Below are positions 50,490 to 61,067 of a stretch of DNA of 64,000 bases, in pieces. Location: positions 1 through 64,000 of the forward strand of contig CAVRFW010000004.1 of NCBI GenBank assembly GCA_963720565.1, in the 5' to 3' direction. Source of the DNA: Candidatus Bathyarchaeota archaeon. GTDB taxonomy: Archaea > Thermoproteota > Bathyarchaeia > Bathyarchaeales > Bathycorpusculaceae. Positions within the stretch are counted from its first letter, which is position 1, and every line of letters begins with the position of its first letter. A program made the position numbers and the translations under genes. The notes beneath the pieces are model-generated. The model saw nothing but the letters and a program-made list of their open reading frames with translations, was not told the DNA's origin and made no database searches.

Positions 50490-53400
50490 TTGGTAGCCGT
50501 GATTCTGACTGAGCCAACACTAGTCGGCAGAGAAAAAGAACTCGAAGAGCTACAGCGCTGCCTCGAATCAGCCATTAAAGGAAAAGGAAAAACCGTTTTC
50601 ATTTCAGGAGAAGCCGGAGCTGGAAAAACCAGACTCATCAACGAGTTCTTAACAAAAGCAATCAAAAAAGGAATAATCGTGCTCTCCGGTTGGTGCCTAA
50701 GCGACGCAGCCGTTCCATATCTGCCTTTTGCAGAAGCCTTCAGGAAACATTTCGCAGCAGATGACGAAACAATAGAGGGTTCCAATGTCAGGGACGCCTC
50801 AACCCTGCCGAAGCTTCAGCCAGTGGGCATCGAGGAGTATGGGATAACAGCCTGGGTGTCAGGATTGAGCCGTCCCATAAAACAGGGAAAAGACTGCATG
50901 GCTGCATCGCCGCAAGTGTGGAAAGACCAACTCTTCACGGCGGTGGCTGAAACCCTACACTCAATGTCCAACAAACAACCTGTCCTTCTCCTCATTGAGG
51001 ACATACACTGGGCCGATTCAGCCTCACTGGCACTTCTTCACTACATAGCCAGAGTAATCAACGAAACAGAAAGAATCCTTGTCATAGCCACTTATCGAAG
51101 CGAAGAACTCACCAGCGACGCCGAAGGACGCTCCCATCCGCTGTCAGAAACCCTCCGCATTATGCGCCTGCGAAGAGCTCTCCGCAGAGATCAGCCTGTC
51201 GAACCTCAGCCAAGCCTGCGTCGCCAGAGATGGCTGAAAGCATGATGGGAGCAAACCTACAGCAAGAGTTCGCTGGGAAACTCGCAGTTGAAAGCAAGGG
51301 CAACCCGCTTTTCGTCGTTGAATCCTTGCGTATGCTCCATGAACGCAAGAGACCTCGTCCAGGAAAATAGTGAATGGTGCCTTTCCGTCGATGAACTGGG
51401 GATACCCAACAAAATTAGAGACATCATCCTGCGCAGACTCGCAGCACTGAGGCATGCTGAGAGGCGAATTCTCGACGCTGCTTCCGTGATTGGCGAAGAA
51501 TTCAACGTAGAACTCCTCAGCATCGTTCTCGGGCAAGACAGATTAGACGTTATCGAAACGTTGAACCTGATTGCGCAGTCCACTTCCATTGTTCGTGTTG
51601 AGGGGGCTTCCTACCGGTTTGACCATGCGAGGTCCCGGGAGGTGTTGTATGAGGCACTTTCACTACCTCTCAAGAGGGCATACCACGCCAAGAATTGCAG
51701 AGAGAATAGAAGCCTCAAGCAAGAGCTGGCAAGTTGCTTTCAAGCGATATAGCCTATCACTGCGCTCAGGCTCGGAAACAAGGAAAAAGCAATAAAGTAC
51801 GCATTGGTCGCAGGCCAAGGAAGCACTAAACAGAATGGAGCAACACAGAAGCCATCAAACACTTCACCTACGTAGCAGAAGCCGTTGGAGAAGACCCGGA
51901 AATCACCGAGAAAAAGTTGAGTGCTATGGAGGGGCTCGGCGACGCGTACTTTGCCAGTGACAATTTCAGCCAAGCAGCAAGTGTTTTCGAACGGCTTGCC
52001 TCTCTCCAGAGTGACGCTGCCAAACTCAGGGCGCTACGAAAAGCAATAGTCGCCGTTTTCGAGTTAGGTGACGCCTCTCATTTGATGGATCTCGTGAAGA
52101 AAGTCGAGCCGTACGCTGCAGCTGACCGCTTGGAGAGCGCGAGAATCCTCATGCACAGAGGACATTTTTTCCATCTTCGATCCAAGTTCTTTGACACGAC
52201 AGGATCTATGGAAGCGGCTCTACGCGTTTTCGAAGAGGAGTATTCTCTACCGGACGTTGCTTCCGCCCTACTAACACTAGGTGGTTACCACTCGTGGTTT
52301 GGCATGCTTGAGGAAGGCTTGGCGGAATCTTTGCGGTGCATAGTTATGTTTGAGGAAATTGGAGATTTACGTTTGCAGATGGATACGTATTTGGTTGGAG
52401 GCATGTCATTCATGAACTCTACGCTTTACCGCGAAGCACTGCAAATGCTGGCAAAGGTCATCGAATTTGGGGAGAAAAAAAAGATTGGCGGTTACTCCCT
52501 GCTGGCTAGTGCATGCATCACTTCGGCTCATTGTCTTAGTTTTACGGGTACTCTTAAGGAGGCAATGGCCTTTGACCTGAAAGCTCTCGAATTCTCCAAA
52601 AAAACAGATGCAGCATTAACGCAGGCAATGGTATACTCTGAACTCACAGTGCAATATGCCTTGCTTGGAGACTTGAAGCATGCGGAAGAGTACTACGAGA
52701 AGCTCATGCGGTTCCCTAAAGAAATCATTAACCACCAACTTGTAGGGGGACAATTTGCCATGGCTTTTTTCTTCGCATGCAAAAACCGGTGGGAGGAGTC
52801 ATACCGAGCCTTTGAAGAAATACTCGAAATGCTCAAGGACGTGCGCAATCCTTTCTCGCGCGTGGCAATGAAGACGAAATATTATACTTGGGCTCTTGAG
52901 AGGCAGGGACGCATTGAGGAGGCGAAAATTCAACGCGAAGAAATGGAGAGAACGAACCGCGAAGCCGAGGAAAGGTTCGCACACGCCAACGTGCAAGCAA
53001 ATCTGATGGCTCGCAGCCAAGTAGTGGTTGGCGAAGAGTTTGAAATGCGCCTCGATTTGGTCAACGTCAGCAGAAAACCCGCTTTGTTTGTCGAAGTCAA
53101 GAACCTGCTCCCAGACGACTTTGAGGTTTTATCTTTGCCAACCTGGTGCAGCATACAAGACCGCTCCATCGAGATGAACAACAAGGAATTAAGCCCTTTT
53201 CATGTGAACACAACCAAACTCACCCTCAAATGCTTGAAGACTGGAACTTTCACGTTGAACCCCCAAGCTGTCTACGTAGATGATTTAGGCGGAACCAAAA
53301 CCTGCAACCTCCGATCGGTCACCATAACCGCAAATCTGCCTGCACCAAAAGAAAAAACCGCAGGAAAAATACCCAGCGGAACTCCAGACCTCGACCACAT

Positions 53401-54026
53401 CCTCCTAGGAGGCCTGCCTGAAAACTATTCCATCGTTCTGTCTGCGCCTTCCAGCGACGAAAGACTGCTGCTAATTAAGCGTTTCTTCGAGGCAGGGTCT
53501 GAAGCGGGCGAAACAACCTTCTACATCACAGCCGACGCTGCAAACACGAAGATACCTGCTGACAAAACGCCCATCAAGCTTCTACGTGTTACTCTGCAAC
53601 CCCCAAGCCGACACCATGATCCAGAATGCGCCTAACGTGTTCAAGCTAAAGGGCGTGGAGAACCTGACAGACATAGACATCGCCTTGGCCAAGGCTTTGC
53701 GAACAATCAAACCTTCAACGACAGGGCCGAAGAGAATCTGCATCGACATTGTATCCGATGCCCTACTCCAGCACCACGCCATCAACACTAGACGATGGCT
53801 TGCAGCGCTCCTGCCAACCTTGAAGTCGAAAGGCTTCACAATCCTCTCAGTCATTGATCCGACCATGCATTCTATCGAAGAAACCCAGGCTGTTTTAGGC
53901 TTATTCGACGGAGAAATAAACCTGTGCGAAAAGGAAACGACTAAAGGTCTGGCAAAGTTTCTCAGAGTGAGGAAGATGGCGGGTCAGAAATACCTCAAGG
54001 ATGAAATACCACTCACAGAAGAATAA
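50490..54026 (+). CDS. STAND-type NTPase + TPR + Ig-like (BatD/CARDB-like) + degenerate KaiC/RAD55 domain protein; multiple frameshifts
   Basis: LVGREKEL, Walker A GEAGAGKT, Walker B LIEDIHWAD, GNP(L)F and YRFDHA, helical repeats, FAHANVQANL, IPSGTPDLDHILLGGLP with a degenerate P-loop, LFDGEI...LRVRKM. Confidence 0.85.
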
Positions 54027-54065
54027 CGCGAAAAAAAGAGCACGTGCTAAACGGAAAAAAGTTGC

Positions 54066-55373
54066 CTAGTCCCAGGGTCCAGGCCAGTCCGGAAAAGTGA
54101 GGGTTGCTCCTGCCTCCTCCATGATCTTCTTGGGATAAACAGGAACCATTTCGCCATTTTGCCACTGGAAATAGATAACTAGTTGGTAGTCTGCATCAGG
54201 ATTGTTCGGGTTTTCTCCCATCATCAAGTCATGGGATGAGGTGAAAACAAAATTCCTAGCTGAAGTCGTTTCAATGCTAGTTTTCTCCAAAGCTTTGATG
54301 ACAGCTTCAGTTTCAGTTGTTCCAGCCCTTTCGATCGCATCGGGCAAAATAAACCGCAATGTATCATAGGTTGCTGTTGCACCCCATCCTGGTGTTTCAC
54401 CCCACCTATTGATATATGCCTCACGAGCAGGCAAAGTCTTGCTCGTCAAAGGATACCCCGCAACAAGAGGATACGTACCCACAGCCATACATTCGCATTT
54501 GCCATCCAGCTGCTCCCAACTCTCAGCTTCAGAAGCTGAAAAAAGAACCCCGCCATAAACAAGCATGGGTGATTGACGGTCATACCACTCTTTAGTAAGA
54601 GGTATTCCTGCATCAAGTATGACCATAGGAACCAATATCTCTACTCCTGCAGCTTCAGCAGCAGCAAAATAACTTGTAAAATCAAATGTGCCCACGGGAA
54701 AAGTTCCTTTGTAAACAAGATCAAAACCATAGACCTCAGGCAAAACATAATCTAACTCTTCCCTGATTCCTTTAGTCCAAAAATCTTCAGCCAAGTAGCC
54801 AACCTTGTTGAAGCCAGTTTGTTCTCTTACAAGAAGAAGACTGTCTGTTATGCCTTGGAAAACTGATGACTCATTGAAACCAACCCTAAAAAAATACTTG
54901 TACCTATCATAATCCTCCAAGACTTTTTCGGTCATTTCATCTGTATTCGCACTACAAAACATGATTGTTTTGTGTTCAGCAATCATGTCTTGAACTACTA
55001 ATCCTTCTCCCCCAAGTACAGCTGAATAGATAAAATCTACTTTGTGATAGGTGAGTAGCCTTGTTAGGGCAGAGCTGATTTTTGCAATATCACCCCCACT
55101 TTCAGAATCGGTATCTTCACCTATGACCTTGACTTCTCTTCCGAGTATGCCGCCTTCAGCATTGATTTGTTCAGCAGCCAAGACAGCTGCTTGCCAGTCT
55201 TCCTTTCCATTTGGTGCATCAAGATCGGTAAGAAGACCAATTTTTATAATATCAGAAGACTGATCTTGACCGCTCAATAGAACATAAGCTATCACCCCAG
55301 CCACTCCAGCAACCAAAAGTATGGAAATCAAGACTACAGTTTGAATCTTGGCTAATGCCCAAGAATCTAGCAA
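54066..55373 (-). CDS. LivJ-like substrate-binding protein, close paralog of 48710..50014
   Basis: Highly similar protein and upstream DNA; probable TTG start at 55373. Confidence 0.88.
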   Translation of the reverse strand: MLDSWALAKIQTVVLISILLVAGVAGVIAYVLLSGQDQSSDIIKIGLLTDLDAPNGKEDWQAAVLAAEQINAEGGILGREVKVIGEDTDSESGGDIAKISSALTRLLTYHKVDFIYSAVLGGEGLVVQDMIAEHKTIMFCSANTDEMTEKVLEDYDRYKYFFRVGFNESSVFQGITDSLLLVREQTGFNKVGYLAEDFWTKGIREELDYVLPEVYGFDLVYKGTFPVGTFDFTSYFAAAEAAGVEILVPMVILDAGIPLTKEWYDRQSPMLVYGGVLFSASEAESWEQLDGKCECMAVGTYPLVAGYPLTSKTLPAREAYINRWGETPGWGATATYDTLRFILPDAIERAGTTETEAVIKALEKTSIETTSARNFVFTSSHDLMMGENPNNPDADYQLVIYFQWQNGEMVPVYPKKIMEEAGATLTFPDWPGPWD

Positions 55374-55481
55374 AATAATCTCTCCGAATCCAATAATACT
55401 TGTTTGGAAAGCAGATATAACATTTTCCAAAGGCTTGAGCTGGGAAAGCTTATTTGACCATCTCATCATAAATGATGGTTT

Positions 55482-58400
55482 GTGGCAGTCTTGCATAATA
55501 GTAGCTTGGACTCTCTTTTAAACAGGGCAAGAGAAGAGGAGAAGAGGTATGAGTGGCTCCAAGCTGCAAAACTTCACCAGAAAGCTTCAAACTTGGTTTT
55601 GAAGGATAATGATTTTTCGAAAGCTGCCGCTTTCACTGGGCGAATCGGCTTCTGTTTTTGTAGGGCTGCCTTTCAAGCTCAAACCAACGTTGAGTTCAAG
55701 GAGCGATTGAAACTTGCTATCCAAGCTTACGAGAAAGAGATTAGAATCTTGGAGAAAAGCAAAGAAGAGAACAAGCACGCAAAAATCAAGCAGGCTAAGG
55801 CGCTGGCTACTTATGTCCGATCTTGGCTTGAAACGAGTGTTCCTCAAAAGAAGGAGTTGCTTGACGAATGGTGGACTCTTGAAAACCAGGTTTTAGAGGC
55901 GTACGAGAGCATTGGAGACCTTCATTCTGTTGGTGTCGTGTGCACGGATATGATCGAGTTTTCTCTGTATGCTCGACTTTGGCTCTCTAATCATTCAGAG
56001 GAGGTTAGACTTGAAGAGGAAGCTCTTAGACTTGCTGAGAAAGCTATTGAAGCTCTGTCGAAATCTGAGGATGATTATGAATTGGCAAGGGCTTACTGTT
56101 TTGCCAGTGTTTGGTACAGTAGCCAGAGCCATGCATCTCCTGAATTCAGGGATAAACGTCCTCAGCTTGTTGAAAGAGGTCGTGATTTTTCGAAGAAGGC
56201 TTTGGAGCTTTCATCCAAAACCCACGATGCTTGGCTAATCGGTTTCGCCTATTATTCTGCTTCAACTGCAGCCATATGGTACGATTGGAACTTTACAGAA
56301 GCTGCAGAATATGGTCAAAAAACTCAGGAATATGGTAGTATCGCCAAAGACCAACTTCTTTTGACCTATGGAACATATAACACAGCTTACCCAATGACGA
56401 TAATGGGTGAGTTTCTGGAGGATCCTGACAAACAGAGAATAACTTTTGAGAAAGCAAGGAAATTGGCTCAAGAGTGCGTGCAAGTATCTCGAATTATCAA
56501 TCATATGACGAATGTCTGCTGGGGTTATTTCTATGAACTTTCGGCGCTAACTTGGCTTGCGGCAATCGAAGCTGATCAACGAATTAGACAGAAGACACTC
56601 GAAAATGCAATCAAGATAGCTCGGGAAGGCTTGGAGGTGACCGCGGAGTGGAAGAGGCTCTCTGCCAATTTACATATGTCCTTAGGTGACAGTCTGCGTT
56701 TGCTTTCCGCAATAAGAAATGATGTTGAAGAGAAGAGAGCCTTGCTGCTTGAAGCTCAATCACATCAAGAAAAATCAATAGAAATCCACGAGGAGTTTGT
56801 CCCCTTTCTTTACAGCATGCTTAGTTGGGCACGTTACAATTTTGGTTTGGTGCAAATCGAGCTAGCGATATTAGAAATCGATAAGGCTGGAAAAGCTAAA
56901 CTTCTAGACAAAGCTGCCAAAACTCTGGAGAATAGCAGGGAGTTGCTAGCAAGATGGATCATCCAACATCCTGAGAACGTTCAAATGACCCAAGTTTGGG
57001 GAAGGCATTGTGATAGGCTTGGTAGAGTGCTGCAGCAAATCTACTATTTGACTAAAGAAGAAAAGCAACTTTCTAGAGCAATCGAAGCGCATCGAGAGTC
57101 GGCTACAGCTTTCAATAGAGGGGAGTTGCCTGCCCATGCGGCCGAATCATACTGGTATATTGCCCAACTTCAGGGTCAGATAGGTGAACATCAGGAAGCC
57201 TCCAAAAACTACGAGTCAGCAGCCCAAGCCTACGATACTAGCCTCCGAAAAGATTCCCCAGCTGAAAGGCTTCTACAGTGATTATTCTCTCTATATGCAG
57301 GCTTGGAGTCAAGATAGAACAGGCAAGACATGCCCATTCAATTGAGGAATACGAAAAGGCCAAACAAAACTATGAAAAAGCTGCCAAGCTTCATGAGTCA
57401 ACTGGACCCTGGAGTTATCTTGCTCCTAACTATTTTGCCTGGGCTAGTGTGGAAGAAGCTGAAGGTCTAAGCAGAAAAGAGAACACTCAGCAAGCAAAAG
57501 AAGCATTCCAAAAAGCACTAGAGCAATTCAGAATTGCAGAAGAGATCCATTAAACAAAAGACTAGAGAAACCACATCGGCAGAAGAAAAAGAACTGAATC
57601 AAACTTCTCGAGGCGTCAGATCTTAGACGTAGGTTTTGTCAATCCAGAATCCAGATAGAAGAGGCAAAACTGCTCGATAGGCAAGGCGAAGTACTTGCAG
57701 AGCTCAAGAAGCTACAGAGAAGCAGCGCGGGAAATTGAATCAGTCATTGAAAAAATAGAGTCTGAAGCCGAACGGAAAGAACTAGAATATCTGGCAACTC
57801 TTTGTCAGGCTTGGGAGAAGATGGCAATCGCCGAAGAAACAACCTCTTCAGAATCATACAATGGAAGCTGCCAGACTCTTTGAGACAGGCAAAAGAATAC
57901 TGCTACACCAGAAAGGCAAGTCTTTGGACACTGGGCAATAGCAACTTCTGCAAGGGACTGGCAGCCGGAACAAAATACCAGTGCACCATGGATTTGAAAG
58001 AGAATGCAGCAGCTAAACAGTACATTAAGAGTGCTGCCTCCTGCTACTTGCAGGCTGGATTCGAGAATGCCTCAGAGTACGCTAAGGCTACTCAGCGTCT
58101 TTTTGATGCTTACGTTTTCATAAATCAGGCTGAGAGCGAGGTTAGCCCCGAAAACAAAGCCAGACAGTATCAGATGGCTGAGAATCTACTCCAAATCGCT
58201 GCCGGATCTTTTACAAAGGCTAGAGCAACCTGATAAGACTTTTCAAGTGCAACTAATACTGCGGCAAGTTAGGGATGAGAAGGCTCTTGCCGTGTCCTTG
58301 AATGAGGTAATGCACGCGCCCACAATAACCTCAAGCACTATGTCATTTACGGCTCCAACTTCAACTAATGAAGTTTCAGTTGGTTTAGAAAGCTTTGAAC

Positions 58401-59429
58401 ATGCCAATGTACAAGCGAACTTGATCGTTGGCATGAAAAAAGTCAGAATCGGAGAATCCTTCTGCATAGCAGTGGAGTTTGTTAACGCTGGAAAAGAGCC
58501 TGCTTTGCTGACCAGAGTTGAAGATTTTGTTCCTCCAGATTTCATTGTGGTTGAGAAGCCTGAAATCTATCGACTGGAAGATTCCTGTTTGAACATGAAG
58601 GGAAAACAAATTGCTCCCCTAAAACTGGTCGAAGCAAAACTGATCCTTCAACCTTCCAAGAAAGGAGTGTATCAGCTTAAGCCTGTGGTTCATTATTTGG
58701 ATGAGCTTGGACAAAACAGGTCTCTCTCTGTTGAAGTCTGTGGAGATTAAGGTTGAAGAGGTCGTTCTTGCCGACAGAGTTTCTACTGGAACAAAAGAAC
58801 TAGACTCTCTGTTGCTGGGTGGTGTTCCCAAGAAGTATGCTGTCGTTTTGACTGGTTCTCCCAGTGACGAGAGAGAGTTGATAGTTAGGAATTTCTTGGA
58901 AACTGGAACTGAAGAGGGTCAAACAAGCTTCTATGTTTCTGCGGAAGCTGTCGGTTTAGATAGTCTCCTGGCTAAGCCTAGTTTCTATTTGTTCTTGTGT
59001 AATCCCAAACCTAAGGTCGAGGTTCCTGACCTCCCGAACGTTCACAAGCTTCTAGGCAAGACAGATCTAACAAACCTGAACATTGCCTTGCTGAAGGCTT
59101 ACAGGAGCGTTAAACAGTCAGCGGGCAGAAGAGTATGCGTCGATATTGTTTCCGACGTCTTGCTGCATTATGGAGCTGAAGTGACCAGAAAATGGGTTTC
59201 AGAGTTGATAACGGATCTCGGATCCAAAGGATTCACCGTTCTCGCCGTCATGGATCCAGCCATGCATCCAACCGATCAGGCAACTGCCGTTCTAAACCTG
59301 TTTGACGGCGAAATCAGCCTGTACCAGACTGAGGATCCGTTAGAATGCAAGAAATCCCTGCGAGTTAAGAAACTCAGAAACCAAGATTACATCAAGAACC
59401 CTATTTGCTTGGGCAAACCGGCTCCTTAA
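55482..59429 (+). CDS. Large TPR + Ig-like + degenerate KaiC/RAD55 domain protein (no N-terminal NTPase); multiple frameshifts
   Basis: Helical repeats (55482..58240), FEHANVQANL Ig-like domain, VSTGTKELDSLLLGGVP...GSPSDERE, LFDGEI...LRVKKL. Confidence 0.82.
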
Positions 59430-59616
59430 GAATCGCTTGATTGAAAAAAATAGAATCGCGAGAGATAGCACCACTGACCACCAGGAGCAAATCCCAGCCG
59501 CCCAACCACGGATAACCGGCACATTTGCAACCGTTGAGACAGGCCGTACTGTTCTGGCGATAGCAAGTCTAATATCCGTTTTTCACACAATAATTGATGA
59601 GCGGGCGTGCAGTGTA

Positions 59617-60952
59617 TTGGATTCTAAGGCGTTAACCAAAATCCAATCAATCATATTAATCGCCGTAATCGTTTTTGCAGCCGTAGGCGGAGGAGCCGCC
59701 TACATGCTCTGGAACGGAACACACAGGATCCACCGAAGACATCAGGATAGGCGTCTGCGGAGACTTGGACAGCCCTGTTGGAAAAGCCGTCTTCCAGGCT
59801 GTCACGCTAGCGGTGGAGGAAACCAATGCTGAAGGCGGAGTGCTGGGAAGAAACCTGACCATAGTCGCAGAAGATGATGACAGCGAGACACCGCCACTTG
59901 ACATTTCAGTTGCCAGTAACGCTTTAACAAAGTTGATAACCGTTGACAAGGCGGATTACATAATGACTTCCAATGCAGTTAGCCCTCTGGTCTTTCAAGA
60001 TCTTGCCGCTGAACACAAAAAAATCCTTTTCTCTGTTTGGGCCGCCAACGACGAACTTACGCAAAGGGTTGATGACAACTACGACAAATACAAGTACTTC
60101 TTCAAGGTTTATGCGCCCAATTCAACTTCAGTCAGGCGTCACGTGGTCAGCTCTCTCATAACTTTGAAAAACTACACGGGCTTCACAAAGATTGGCTTTC
60201 TAGTTCAGGACATGCCTCAATTTAGGGAGTCAGTGTCAAATTGGAGCAGTACCCTTCTCCAGTACGGGTTTGAAGTCGTTTACAGCAGCGCAGTTTTATT
60301 CTCAGCTACTGATTTCACGAGTCAGTTCGCGCAAATCGAAGCCTCGGGAGCTGAAATACTGGTTCCGGTAATGGTAACGCAACAAGGCACATTTTTCGTT
60401 GAAGAATGGTGTGAACGGCAGTCACCATTTGTGATGTGGGGAATCCTGCCAACGGTTCAAAATAGTAATGCATGGAATTGGACCAAGGGAAAATGCGAGT
60501 TCGTGTCCTCCAATGGGATGCCGGTTGTTGCGGGATATCCATGGACCAACAAATCGTTGCCTGCTCGAGAAGCGTTCATTAAAAAATGGGGAGAACCCCC
60601 ATCGGACATCGCTATGGCTGCGTATGACACGGTGCGGTTCATTCTTTACGACGCCATAAAACGAGCAGAAACAACCGAAACCCAAGCAGTGATCAAGACG
60701 TTGGAAACAACGGATGTCGAAACTTCGATGGCACAACATTTCATTTTCACATCCTCACACGACATGATGATGACATTTGCAGACCCGAATGACCCGACTG
60801 CGATAGACGAAGGACACGTAATGTACATGACTTTTCAATGGCAAGACGGAAAGCAGGTGCCCGTGTACCCTGAAGAAATAATGCAGGAGTTAGGAGCAAC
60901 CTTCCGGTATCCGCCTTGGAAAGGACCATGGAGCGAAGAGCAGACTCCTTAG
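59617..60952 (+). CDS. LivJ-like substrate-binding protein; frameshift near 59725
   Basis: LDSKALTKIQSII TM in ORF 59437..59832, continuing in 59765..60952 (NAEGGVLGRNL, YKYFFKV, FQWQDG). Confidence 0.87.
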
Positions 60953-61067
60953 TAGGCTGTTGGGATAGAGGTCGATGAAAAACCTTTTCAGCACTTTCTC
61001 ATATACTTGAAATCTTGCAGGAGAGCAAGGAGCTCTCACTGCGAACGCAAATTCGTGTGGTATCTGG

